DNA from: Euglena gracilis
Taxonomy: Eukaryota
Length of the DNA stretch: 64,000 nucleotides
Assembly: GCA_039621445.1 (NCBI GenBank)
Contig: CP154954.1
Span: forward strand, 17,514,589-17,578,588
Direction: 5' to 3'
Both the position numbers and the translations under genes were made by a program. Positions 32,601 to 46,019 of this stretch are shown piece by piece (positions within the stretch are counted from its first letter, which is position 1; each line of letters starts with the position of its first letter). Under the pieces are notes generated by a model. It was not told the DNA's origin, did no database searches, and saw only the letters and a list, made by a program, of their open reading frames with translations.

Positions 32601-35600
32601 CTGTGATGCAGTTCCGTCGAGTCTGACTGGGCCGTCAGCATTGGGAGCCTGCCAAAAGGCACGAAAGGGGCGAAGTTCAGATAAGGGATGGGTGTGCCTG
32701 GGCAATCACCCAGTTGGGCAGCCGTTGGTCATATGTGGCTGTCCATACCATGTCAAAGGAGCTCGTCCAGTCTGCCCCACGGCTGCATCTGCTGCGCCGC
32801 TCTTTCCACCCGACACCGACCCTACCTACCCCCTGAGCCCCCCTGCTCGCTAGCCCACCAAAGTTATTTAAAACCTGGGAAGGGGACAGTGTTTTTTTCC
32901 TAGCCCAAAACGGAGCACCAGTTGGCCAGGCATTTAGAGCAATTGGATTGGTCGTCGCATGATGCTGGTTTGATACTCACGTGTGACTCAAACCAAATGA
33001 TCACAGCTTTCTCAACTGACCGGATCCAGGGCCACTGTTTTTGAAGTGCTGGGCAAGCCACAGCTGCCCGTGATCCCCGTTGATGGGGTTTCCGCGGTAT
33101 CGGTTGAGTTTTGCCGGCAACTGTTCAAGTGGACAACTTGACCGTTGGAGGATGTGCTCAGCAGTGGACAACCAACAAGTTTTCCCCCCTGGGTTGCAAA
33201 TTACCTCCTCCGCTGGAGGTGTTTTGTGCACCGGGGCACAATCAGCTTTGCCGTTCTGCATTGGGTCACAGAACCGCACCCTCCCACCGGCCCCAGCGGG
33301 TGGGCAGGAGGGTGATGGGAGGCGTTCGGGACGTTCCGGGATGGACAACGGAATCGCACCTGCCTCCTGCATTTCCGGGCATTGGCATTGAAGTGTTGGG
33401 TTGGCGGGGTGTTGGGGAAAGAGGAAGATGTTGACTGGTGGCTGAAGGTCTGCAGTGGCCGCGCCAGTTGGGGAGAAAGGGCCCGGTCAACCTGAGTGGT
33501 GTGTGAAAGCCCAGCTCTGGCAGTTTGCTGGGCTTCGTGATGACCAACCTTTGCTCCTTAGACTGCTGATTCCTGTGATGCAGTTCCGTCGAGTCTGATT
33601 GGGCCGTCAGCATTGGGAGCCTGCCAAAAGGCACGAAAGGGGGCGAAGTTCAGATAAGGGATGGGTGTGCCTGGGCAATCACCCAGTTGGGCAGCCGTTG
33701 GTCATATGTGGCTGTTCATACCACGTCAAAGGAGCTCGTCCAGTCTGCCCCACGGCTGCATCTGCTGCGCCGCTCTTTCCACCCGACAACCCCCCAATCT
33801 GCCCCCTAGGCCCCCCCGCTCGCCAGCTCACCAAAGTTTGGGGAAAAGGTGGGAAGGGGACAGTTTTTTTTTTCCTAGCCCAAAAGGGAGCACCAGTTGG
33901 CCAGGCATTTAGAGCAATTGGATTGGTCGTCGCATGATGCTGGTTTGATACTCACGTGTGACTCAAACCAAATGATCACAGCTTTCTCAACTGACCGGAT
34001 CCAGGGCCACTGTTTTTGAAGTGCCGGGCAAGCCACAGCTGCCCGTGATCCCCGTTGATGGGGTTTCCGCGGTATCGATTGAGTTTTGCCGGCAACTGTT
34101 CAAGTGGACAACTTGACCGTTGGAGGATGTGCTCAGCAGTGGACAACCAACAAGTTTTCCCCCCTGGGTTGCAAATTACCTCCTCCGCTGGAGGTGTTTT
34201 GTGCACCGGGGCACAATCAGCTTTGCCGTTCTGCATTGGGTCACAGAACCGCACCCTCCCACCGGCCCCAGCGGGTGGGCAGGAGGGTGATGGGAGGCGT
34301 TCGGGACGTTCCGGGATGGACAACGGAATCGCACCTGCCTCCTGCATTTCCGGGCATTGGCATTGAAGTGTTGGGTTGGCGGGGTGTTGGGGAAAGAGGA
34401 AGGTGTTGACTGGTGGCTGAAGGTCTGCAGTGGCCGCGCCAGTTGGGGAGAAAGGGCCCGGTCAACCTGAGTGGTGTGTGAAAGCCCAGCTCTGGCAGTT
34501 TGCTGGGCTTCGTGATGACCAACCTTTGCTCCTTAGACTGCTGATTCCTGTGATGCAGTTCCGTCAAGTCTGATTGGGCCGTCAGCATTGGGAGCCTGCC
34601 AAAAGGCACGAAAGGGGGCGAAGTTCAGATAAGGGATGGGTGTGCCTGGGCAATCACCCAGTTGGGCAGCCGTTGGTCATATGTGGCTGTTCATACCACG
34701 TCAAAGGAGCTCGTCCAGTCTGCCCCACGGCTGCATCTGCTGCGCCGCTCTTTCCACCCGACACCCCCCAATCTACCCCCTAGGCCCCCCAGCTCGCCAG
34801 CTCACCAAAGTTTGGGGAAAAGGTGGGAAGGGGACAGTTTTTTTTTTCCTAGCCCAAAAGGGAGCACCAGTTGGCCAGGCATTTAGAGCAATTGGATTGG
34901 TCGTCGCATGATGCTGGTTTGATACTCACGTGTGACTCAAACCAAATGATCACAGCTTTCTCAACTGACCGGATCCAGGGCCACTGTTTTTGAAGTGCCG
35001 GGCAAGCCACAGCTGCCCGTGATCCCCGTTGATGGGGTTTCCGCGGTATCGGTTGAGTTTTGCCGGCAACTGTTCAAGTGGACAACTTGACCGTTGGAGG
35101 ATGTGCTCAGCAGTGGACAACCAACAAGTTTTCCCCCCGGGTTGCAAATTACCTCCTCCGCTGGAGGTCAGTGTTGGTGCCCCGGTGTTTTGTGCACCGG
35201 GGCACCAATCGGCTTTGCCGTTCTGCATTGGGTCACAGAACCGCACCCTGCCACCGGCCCCGGTCAACCTGAGTGGTGTGTGAAAGCCCAGCTCTGGCAG
35301 TTTGCTGGGCTTCGCGATGACCAACCTTTGCTCCTTAGACTGCTGATTCCTGTGATGCAGTTCCGTCGAGTCTGACTGGGCCGTCAGCATTGGGAGCCTG
35401 CCAAAAGGCACGAAAGGGGCGAAGTTCAGATAAGGGATGGGTGTGCCTGGGCAATCACCCAGTTGGGCAGCCGTTGGTCATATGTGGCTGTCCATACCAT
35501 GTCAAAGGAGCTCGTCCAGTCTGCCCCACGGCTGCATCTGCTGCGCCGCTCTTTCCACCCGACACCCCCCCTATCTACCCCCTGGGCCCCCCAGCTCGCC

Positions 35601-38600
35601 AGCTCACCAAAGTTTATTTAAAACGTGGGAAGGGGACAGTTTTTTTTTTCCTAGCCCAAAAGGGAGCACCAGTTGGCCAGGCATTTAGAGCAATTGGATT
35701 GGTCGTCGCATGATGCTGGTTTGATACTCACGTGTGACTCAAACCAAATGATCACAGCTTTCTCAATTGACCGGATCCAGGGCCACTGTTTTTGAAGTGC
35801 TGGGCAAGCCCCAGCTGCCGTGATCCCCGTTGATTGGGTTTCCGCGGTATCGGTTCAATTTTGCCGGCAACTGTTCAAGTGGACAACTTGACCGTTGGAG
35901 GATGTGCTCAGCAGTGGACAACCAACAAGTTTTCCCCCCTGGGTTGCAAATTACCTCCTCCGCTGGAGGTGTTTTGTGCACCGGGGCACAATCAGCTTTG
36001 CCGTTCTGCATTGGGTCACAGAACCGCACCCTCCCACCGGCCCCAGCGGGTGGGCAGGAGGGTGATGGGAGGCGTTCGGGACGTTCCGGGATGGACAACG
36101 GAATCGCACCTGCCTCCTGCATTTCCGGGCATTGGCATTGAAGCGTTGGGTTGGCGGGGTGTTGGGGAAAGAGGAAGACGTTGACTGGTGGCTGAAGGTC
36201 TGCAGTGGCCGCGCCAGTTGGGGAGAAAGGGCCCGGTCAACCTGAGTGGTGTGTGAAAGCCCAGCTCTGGCAGTTTGCTGGGCTTCGTGATGACCAACCT
36301 TTGCTCCTTAGACTGCTGATTCCTGTGATGCAGTTCCGTCAAGTCTGATTGGGCCGTCAGCATTGGGAGCCTGCCAAAAGGCACGAAAGGGGGCGAAGTT
36401 CAGATAAGGGATGGGTGTGCCTGGGCAATCACCCAGTTGGGCAGCCGTTGGTCATATGTGGCTGTTCATACCACGTCAAAGGAGCTCGTCCAGTCTGCCC
36501 CACGGCTGCATCTGCTGCGCCGCTCTTTCCACCCGACACCCCCCAATCTACCCCCTAGGCCCCCCAGCTCGCCAGCTCACCAAAGTTTGGGGAAAAGGTG
36601 GGAAGGGGACAGTTTTTTTTTTCCTAGCCCAAAAGGGAGCACCAGTTGGCCAGGCATTTAGAGCAATTGGATTGGTCGTCGCATGATGCTGGTTTGATAC
36701 TCACGTGTGACTCAAACCAAATGATCACAGCTTTCTCAACTGACCGGATCCAGGGCCACTGTTTTTGAAGTGCCGGGCAAGCCACAGCTGCCCGTGATCC
36801 CCGTTGATGGGGTTTCCGCGGTATCGGTTGAGTTTTGCCGGCAACTGTTCAAGTGGACAACTTGACCGTTGGAGGATGTGCTCAGCAGTGGACAACCAAC
36901 AAGTTTTCCCCCCGGGTTGCAAATTACCTCCTCCGCTGGAGGTCAGTGTTGGTGCCCCGGTGTTTTGTGCACCGGGGCACCAATCGGCTTTGCCGTTCTG
37001 CATTGGGTCACAGAACCGCACCCTGCCACCGGCCCCGGTCAACCTGAGTGGTGTGTGAAAGCCCAGCTCTGGCAGTTTGCTGGGCTTCGCGATGACCAAC
37101 CTTTGCTCCTTAGACTGCTGATTCCTGTGATGCAGTTCCGTCGAGTCTGACTGGGCCGTCAGCATTGGGAGCCTGCCAAAAGGCACGAAAGGGGCGAAGT
37201 TCAGATAAGGGATGGGTGTGCCTGGGCAATCACCCAGTTGGGCAGCCGTTGGTCATATGTGGCTGTCCATACCATGTCAAAGGAGCTCGTCCAGTCTGCC
37301 CCACGGCTGCATCTGCTGCGCCGCTCTTTCCACCCGACACCCCCCCTATCTACCCCCTGGGCCCCCCAGCTCGCCAGCTCACCAAAGTTTATTTAAAACG
37401 TGGGAAGGGGACAGTTTTTTTTTTCCTAGCCCAAAAGGGAGCACCAGTTGGCCAGGCATTTAGAGCAATTGGATTGGTCGTCGCATGATGCTGGTTTGAT
37501 ACTCACGTGTGACTCAAACCAAATGATCACAGCTTTCTCAATTGACCGGATCCAGGGCCACTGTTTTTGAAGTGCTGGGCAAGCCACAGCTGCCCGTGAT
37601 CCCCGTTGATGGGGTTGCCGCGGTATCGGTTGAGTTTTGCCGGCAACTGTTCAAGTGGACAACTTGACCGTTGGAGGATGTGCTCAGCAGTGGACAACCA
37701 ACAAGTTTTCCCCCCTGGGTTGCAAATTACCTCCTCCGCTGGAGGTGGTTTTGCACCGGGGCACAATCAGCTTTGCGTTCTGCATTGGGTCACAGAAGAA
37801 CCGCACCCTCCCACCGGCCCCAGCGGGTGGGCAGGAGGGTGATGGGAGGCGTTCGGGACGTTCCGGGATGGACAACGGAATCGCACCTGCCTCCTGCATT
37901 CCGGGCATTGGCATTGAAGCGTTGGGTTGGCGGGGTGTTGGGGAAAGAGGAAGACGTTGACTGGTGGCTGAAGGTCTGCAGTGGCCGCGCCAGTTGGGGA
38001 GAAAGGGCCCGGTCAACCTGAGTGGTGTGTGAAAGCCCAGCTCTGGCAGTTTGCTGGGCTTCGTGATGACCAACCTTTGCTCCTTAGACTGCTGATTCCT
38101 GTGATGCAGTTCCGTCGAGTCTGACTGGGCCGTCAGCATTGGGAGCCTGCCAAAAGGCACGAAAGGGGGCGAAGTTCAGATAAGGGATGGGTGTGCCTGG
38201 GCAATCACCCAGTTGGGCAGCCGTTGGTCATATGTGGCTGTCCATACCATGTCAAAGGAGCTCGTCCAGTCTGCCCCACGGCTGCATCTGCTGCGCCGCT
38301 CTTTCCACCCGACACCCCCAATCTACCCCCTAGGCCCCCCAGCTCGCCAGCTCACCAAAGTTTGGGGAAAAGGTGGGAAGGGGACCGTTTTTTTTTCCTA
38401 GCCCAAAAGGGAGCACCAGTTGGCCAGGCATTTAGAGCAATTGGATTGGTCGTCGCATGATGCTGGTTTGATACTCACGTGTGACTCAAACCAAATGATC
38501 ACAGCTTTCTCAACTGACCGGATCCAGGGCCACTGTTTTTGAAGTGCTGGGCAAGCCACAGCTGCCCGTGATCCCCGTTGATGGGGTTTCCGCGGTATCG

Positions 38601-38787
38601 GTTGAGTTTTGCCGGCAACTGTTCAAGTGGACAACTTGACCGTTGGCGGATGTGCTCAGCAGTGGACAACCAACAAGTTTTCCCCCCTGGGTTGCAAATT
38701 ACCTCCTCCGCTGGAGGTGTTTTGTGCACCGGGGCACCAATCAGCTTTGCCGTTCTGCATTGGGTCACAGAACCGCACCCTCCCACC

Positions 38788-41035
38788 ATTTTTTTGGGAC
38801 ATTGCAACCCACCTATAAGAAACCCCCGGGCCGTTTTTTTTGGAAATCCACCTATAAGAAATGTTTTTCTTATAGGTGGAGGGTTTAAGTTTTGAAGTGC
38901 TGAAGTTAAAAATGCAGATGGGATGCTAATGCTAATACTGGACAGATTTTACACACAGAAGGAAGGCAGAACGTGGTTGAGATTTGCCCAGCATTTTTAA
39001 AAACGGTGGCCCCGGACCCGGTCAGTTGAGAAAGCGGTGATCATTTGGTTTGAGTCACACGTGAGTATCAAACCAGCATCATGCGACGACCAATCCAATT
39101 GCTCTAAATGCCTGGCCAATTGGTGCTCCCTTTTGGGCTAAGAAAAAAACTGTCCCCCGGATTTGCGGTTGTCTAACCGATTGCTTTTTGTTGGGTGCAT
39201 GTTTTTTTTTTCTAGCCCAAGCTGCTTGCAGGCATTGCTGGGCTTTCGATTGGTCCGTCGCATGACCTTTGGATACTCCTTAGAAGAACGTGCTGTTTCC
39301 TTGATCACAGCTTCCTTCAAGTCGATGCTGGAGTCAGATTGGGGGAGCCGCCAAAAGGAGCACAAAGGGCGGTTAAGGGATGGGGTGTGTGGGCAATTAT
39401 TTGTCTTTGTCATATTGGCGTTCATCCACGTCAAAGAGCTCGTCAGTCCCTGACCCACGCGGCTTGATCTGCTGACGCCGCTCTTTCACCCGACACCCCC
39501 GCCTATCTACCCCCTGGGCCCCCAAGCTCGCCAGCTCACAAAGGTTATTTAAACGTGGGAAGGGGACAGTTTTTTTTTATACTAGACCAAAAGGGTAAGA
39601 ACCCAACAAGTTTTCCCCCCTGGGTGCAACTTCACCTCCTCCCCTGGAGTTGTTTTTGTGCACCGGGGCACCAATCAGCTTTTGCCGTTCGGCATTGGGT
39701 CCACAGAACAGCACCACTCCCAACCGGCCCCCAGCGGGTGGGCAGGAGGGTGAGGGAGGCGTTCCAGGCATTTAGAGCAATTGGATTGGTCGTCATGATG
39801 CACGTGTGACTCAAACCAAATGATCACAGCTTTCTCAACTGACCGGATCCAGGGCCACTGTTTTTGAAGTGCCGGGCAAGCCACAGCTGCCCGTGATCCC
39901 CGTTGATGGGGTTGCGCGGTATCGATTGAGTTTTGCCGGCAACTGTTCAAGTGGACAACTTGACCGTTGGAGGATGTGCTCAGCAGTGGACAACCAACAA
40001 GTTTTCCCCCCTGGGTTGCAAATTACCTCCTCCGCTGGAGGTGTTTTGTGCACCGGGGCACCAATCAGCTTTGCCGTTCTGCATTGGTCACAGAACCGCA
40101 CCCTCCCACCGGCCCAGCGGTGGGCAGAGGGTGATTGGGAGGGGGCGTTCGTTTCAGGCGTTTCCGGGATGGAACAAAACGGAATCCGGGGAAATCCGCA
40201 ACAACTGCTCCCTGCCCCCAAACAACAACACCCGCACACAACAACCGCAGCCTCCCTCCTGCAAATTTTTCCGGGCATTGGCATTGAAGTGTTGGGTTGG
40301 GCGGGGTGTTTGGGGAAGAGGAGATGTTACTGGTGGCTGAAGGTCTGGCAGTGGCCGCGCGCAGTTGGGGATAAGGGCCCGTCAACTGAGTGGTGTGTGG
40401 AGCCCGCTCTGGCATTTGCTGGGCTTCCGTGATGACCAACATGTGCGCTTAGACATTGCTTTGATTTCCCTTTGATGCAGTTCCGTCGAGTCTGATGGGG
40501 CCGTCACAGCATTTGGGGAGCCTGTCCAAAGCACAAAGGGGGGGCGAAGTTCAGATAAGGGTGGTGTGCCTGGGCAATCAAACCAGTTGGGCAGCCGTTG
40601 TCCATAGGGGGCTGTTCATAAACACGTCAAAGAGCTCGTCCAGTCCCTGCCCCACGGCGGCATCTCTCGCCGCTCTTTTTTCCAATCCGACAACCCCCCA
40701 AATGCATTTAGAGCAATTGGATTGGTCGTCGCATGATGCTGGTTTGATACTCACGTGTGACTCAAAGCAAATGACCACAGCTTTCTCAACTGACCGGGTC
40801 CGGGGCCACTGTTTTTTTTAAAATGCTGGGCAAATCTCAACCCACGTTCTGCCTTCCTTCTGTGTGTAAAATCTGTCCAGTATTAGCATTAGCATCCCAT
40901 CTGCATTTTTAACTTCAGCACTTCAAAACTTAAACCCCGCCCCACCTATAAGAAACCCGTTTCTTATAGGTGGGTTTCCAAAAAAAACGGCCCGGGGGTT
41001 TCTTATGGCATGTCCCAAAAAAATTGTGGGAAAAC
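38788..41035. other. Inversion centre: unique ~200-bp segment in both orientations around degenerate array-1 sequence
   Basis: ~38790-39110 is the reverse complement of ~40700-41035. The sequence between them is an indel-rich, scrambled version of the array-1 unit. Confidence 0.8.
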
Positions 41036-44000
41036 ACCTCCAGCGGAGGAGGGTAATTTGCAACCCAGGGGGGGGGAAACTTGTTGGTTGTCCACTGCTG
41101 AGCACATCCTCCAACGGTCAAGTTGTCCACTTGAACAGTTGCCGGCAAAACTCAACCGATACCGCGGAAACCCCATCAACGGGGATCACGGGCAGCTGTG
41201 GCTTGCCCAGCACTTCAAAAACAGTGGCCCTGGATCCGGTCAGTTGAGAAAGCTGTGATCATTTGGTTTGAGTCACACGTGAGTATCAAACCAGCATCAT
41301 GCGACGACCAATCCAATTGCTCTAAATGCCTGGCCAACTGGTGCTCCCTTTTGGGCTAGGAAAAAAAAAAACTGTCCCCTTCCCACATTTCCCCCAAACT
41401 TTGGTGAGCTGGCGAGCTGGGGGGCCTAGGGGGTAGATTGGGGGTGTCGGGTGGAAAGAGCGGCGCAGCAGATGCAGCCGTGGGGCAGACTGGACGAGCT
41501 CCTTTGACATGGTATGGACAGCCACATATGACCAACGGCTGCCCAACTGGGTGATTGCCCAGGCACACCCATCCCTTATCTGAACTTCGCCCCCTTTCGT
41601 GCCTTTTGGCAGGCTCCCAATGCTGACGGCCCAGTCAGACTCGACGGAACTGCATCACAGGAATCAGCAGTCTAAGGAGCAAAGGTTGGTCATCACGAAG
41701 CCCAGCAAACTGCCAGAGCTGGGCTTTCACACACCACTCAGGTTGACCGGGCCCTCTTCTGCCTTTCTCCCCAACTGGCGCGGCCACTGCAGACCTTCAG
41801 CCACCAGTCAACGTCTTCCTCTTTCCCCAACACCCCGCCAACCCAACGCTTCAATGCCAATGCCCGGAAATGCAGGAGGCAGGTGCGATTCCGTTGTCCA
41901 TCCCGGAACGTCCCGAACGCCTCCCATCACCCTCCTGCCCACCCGCTGGGGCCGGTGGGAGGGTGCGGTTCTGTGACCCAATGCAGAAACGCAAAGCTGA
42001 TTGTGCCCCGGTGCAACAAAACACCTCCAGCGGAGGAGGTAATTTGCAACCCAGGGGGGAAAACTTGTTGGTTGTCCACTGCTGAGCACATCCTCCAACG
42101 GTCAAGTTGTCCACTTGAACAGTTGCCGGCAAAACCCAACCGATACCGCGGCAAACCCCATCAACGGGGATCACGGGCAGCTGTGGCTTGCCCACTTCAA
42201 AAACAGTGGCCCTGGATCCGGTCAGTTGAGAAAGCTGTGATCATTTGGTTTGAGTCACACGTGAGTATCAAACCAGCATCATGCGACGACCAATCCAATT
42301 GCTCTAAATGCCTGGCCAACTGGTGCTCCCTTTTGGGCTAGGAAAAAAAAAACTGTCCCCTTCCCACGTTTTAAATAAACTTTGGTGAGCTGGCGAGCTG
42401 GGGGGCCCAGGGGGTAGATAGGGGGGGTGTCGGGTGGAAAGAGCGGCGCAGCAGATGCAGCCGTGGGGCAGACTGGACGAGCTCCTTTGACATGGTATGG
42501 ACAGCCACATATGACCAACGGCTGCCCAACTGGGTGATTGCCCAGGCACACCCATCCCTTATCTGAACTTCGCCCCTTTCGTGCCTTTTGGCAGGCTCCC
42601 AATGCTGACGGCCCAGTCAGACTCGACGGAACTGCATCACAGGAATCAGCAGTCTAAGGAGCAAAGGTTGGTCATCGCGAAGCCCAGCAAACTGCCAGAG
42701 CTGGGCTTTCACACACCACTCAGGTTGACCGGGGCCGGTGGCAGGGTGCGGTTCTGTGACCCAATGCAGAACGGCAAAGCCGATTGGTGCCCCGGTGCAC
42801 AAAACACCGGGGCACCAACACTGACCTCCAGCGGAGGAGGTAATTTGCAACCCGGGGGGAAAACTTGTTGGTTGTCCACTGCTGAGCACATCCTCCAACG
42901 GTCAAGTTTCCACTTGAGCAGTGGCCGGCAAAACTCAACCGATACCGCGGAAACCCCATCAACGGGGATCACGGGCAGCTGTGGCTTGCCCGGCACTTCA
43001 AAAACAGTGGCCCTGGATCCGGTCAGTTGAGAAAGCTGTGATCATTTGGTTTGAGTCACACGTGAGTATCAAACCAGCATCATGCGACGACCAATCCAAT
43101 TGCTCTAAATGCCTGGCCAACTGGTGCTCCCTTTTGGGCTAGGAAAAAAAAAACTGTCCCCTTCCCACCTTTTCCCCAAACTTTGGGGAGCTGGCGGGCT
43201 GGGGGTCCTAGGGGGTAGATTGGGGGGTGTCGGGTGGAAAGAGCGGCGCAGCAGATGCAGCCGTGGGGCAGACTGGACGAGCTCCTTTGACGTGGTATGA
43301 ACAGCCACATATGACCAACGGCTGCCCAACTGGGTGATTGCCCAGGCACACCCATCCCTTATCTGAACTTCGCCCCCTTTCGTGCCTTTTGGCAGGCTCC
43401 CAATGCTGACGGCCCAATCAGACTTGACGGAACTGCATCACAGGAATCAGCAGTCTAAGGAGCAAAGGTTGGTCATCACGAAGCCCAGCAAACTGCCAGA
43501 GCTGGGCTTTCACACACCACTCAGGTTGACCGGGCCCTTTCTCCCCAACTGGCGCGGCCACTGCAGACCTTCAGCCACCAGTCAACGTCTTCCTCTTTCC
43601 CCAACACCCCGCCAACCCAACGCTTCAATGCCAATGCCCGGAAATGCAGGAGGCAGGTGCGATTCCGTTGTCCATCCCGGAACGTCCCGAACGCCTCCCA
43701 TCACCCTCCTGCCCACCCGCTGGGGCCGGTGGGAGGTGCGGTTCTGTGACCCAATGCAGAACGGCAAAGCTGATTGTGCCCCGGTGCACAAAACACCTCC
43801 AGCGGAGGAGGTAATTTGCAACCCAGGGGGGAAAACTTGTTGGTTGTCCACTGCTGAGCACATCCTCCAACGGTCAAGTTGTCCACTTGAACAGTTGCCG
43901 GCAAAACTCAACCGATACCGCGGCAACCCCATCAACGGGGATCACGGGCAGCTGTGGCTTGCCCAGCACTTCAAAAACAGTGGCCCTGGATCCGGTCAAT

Positions 44001-45033
44001 TGAGAAAGCTGTGATCATTTGGTTTGAGTCACACGTGAGTATCAAACCAGCATCATGCGACGACCAATCCAATTGCTCTAAATGCCTGGCCAACTGGTGC
44101 TCCCTTTTGGGCTAGGAAAAAAAAAACTGTCCCCTTCCCACGTTTTAAATAAACTTTGGTGAGCTGGCGAGCTGGGGGGCCCAGGGGGTAGATAGGGGGG
44201 GTGTCGGGTGGAAAGAGCGGCGCAGCAGATGCAGCCGTGGGGCAGACTGGACGAGCTCCTTTGACATGGTATGGACAGCCACATATGACCAACGGCTGCC
44301 CAACTGGGTGATTGCCCAGGCACACCCATCCCTTATCTGAACTTCGCCCCTTTCGTGCCTTTTGGCAGGCTCCCAATGCTGACGGCCCAGTCAGACTCGA
44401 CGGAACTGCATCACAGGAATCAGCAGTCTAAGGAGCAAAGGTTGGTCATCGAAGCCCAGCAAACTGCCAGAGCTGGGCTTTCACACACCACTCAGGTTGA
44501 CCGGGGCCGGTGGCAGGGTGCGGTTCTGTGACCCAATGCAGAACGGCAAAGCCGATTGGTGCCCCGGTGCACAAAACACCGGGGCACCAACACTGACCTC
44601 CAGCGGAGGAGGTAATTTGCAACCCGGGGGGAAAACTTGTTGGTTGTCCACTGCTGAGCACATCCTCCAACGGTCAAGTTGTCCACTTGAACAGTTGCCG
44701 GCAAAACTCAACCGATACCGCGGAAACCCCATCAACGGGGATCACGGGCAGCTGTGGCTTGCCCGGCACTTCAAAAACAGTGGCCCTGGATCCGGTCAGT
44801 TGAGAAAGCTGTGATCATTTGGTTTGAGTCACACGTGAGTATCAAACCAGCATCATGCGACGACCAATCCAATTGCTCTAAATGCCTGGCCAACTGGTGC
44901 TCCCTTTTGGGCTAGGAAAAAAAAAAACTGTCCCCTTCCCACATTTCCCCCGAAGTTTGGTGGGGTGGGGAGCGGGGGGGCCTAGGGGGGAGATTGGGGG
45001 GTGTCGGGTGGAAAGAGCGGCGCAGCAGATGCA
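41036..45033 (-). repeat. Inverted continuation of array 1 (partial, long, short, long, short, partial units)
   Basis: Reverse complement of the array-1 unit. The unit order mirrors ~34.7-38.7 kb. Confidence 0.93.
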
Positions 45034-45942
45034 ACACGACCAAACAGGTGTTCCAGGGGCCTCAGTAGCATCGACCAAGTTGAGATGTGCATCACAGAGC
45101 AGAAGACTTGTGGGTTGGCATCATCGAGCCCCCATTCGGGTTGGTCACCACACTGCCTCCCCAACCCCCCTTCCCGCCTGGGTCTGGGTCTGTGTCTCTG
45201 CGCCTGTGTGCGTGCGCACCTGTTGTGCTGTGCGATTTCGTGTGCGCTAAAAGCGAAACCAATGCCGACCCCGGCCCAGCCCACACCCCACCCAACCGGG
45301 AACAATCCTCCGGAGGGGCAGCTCAGACTTCTCTGAGGTTTGACCATCCATCATGCGATGACTCTGGGGACTTGGGGGTCATCACCGCTGCCAGGAGGAC
45401 ACCATCCGTCCGCCCCCGCCAACACCAATTCAGCAACTGCCCGTCCCCCAACCCTTCGTCCCAGGTTGGGCTCCCTCCAAACCCAGTTTGGCCCGTGTGG
45501 ACACCCTTTGTTGACACCATTGCTGTTCTGCATTCATGTAAACATCCACGTCACAATCTCGCCCCATTTTCCGGCCAGCAGCACCATCGGATTGGCGTGC
45601 TGGAGGATATTAAAGCTGCCACCCCCCCCCACATCAACCCACAGCGTGTTTGTGTTTGTGGGTGTGGATGAATATGCTTTTTTGCATGAAAAAATCTCAC
45701 CACCAACACGCAGTTGGTGGTGAGCCAACCACCCATGGCCCTGCCTCCTGCTCGCTGGAGTGACTGCGGCCAAAACAGCCGCCATTCCACGCAGCCACAC
45801 CCCGCGGCCAGCCCTCTCAACCCCCATTTTCCAGCCAGCAACGTCACCCGTCCAATGCGCAGGCTGTAACAGAAATGGATGGGCCCCAATCAGCCTTGAA
45901 AAAAAATCAACTGTGCGGGAACACGACCAAACAGGTGTTCCA

Positions 45943-46019
45943 GGGGCCTCAGTAGCATCGACCAAGTTGAGATGTGCATCACAGAGCAGAAGACTTGTGG
46001 GTTGGCATCATCGAGCCCC
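45943..46019 (-). ncRNA. Box C/D snoRNA candidate 2A (representative copy)
   Basis: Minus strand reads GGGGCT-cg-ATGATGC(C)-caacccacaagtctt-CTGC(D'-like)-tctg-TGATGC(C')-acatctcaacttggtcgatgcta-CTGA(D)-GGCCCC. A 6-bp terminal stem directly flanks the boxes. Confidence 0.75.

Larger units (their letters stand above)
22187..38787 (+). repeat. Tandem array 1: ~17.5 units (long ~960-1000 bp, short ~800 bp), each with two box C/D snoRNA-like genes
   Basis: The segment TGACCAACCTTTGCTCCTTAGACTGCTGA (or a close variant) recurs 18 times from ~22217 to ~38063. Indels between copies shift all reading frames. Confidence 0.95.
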
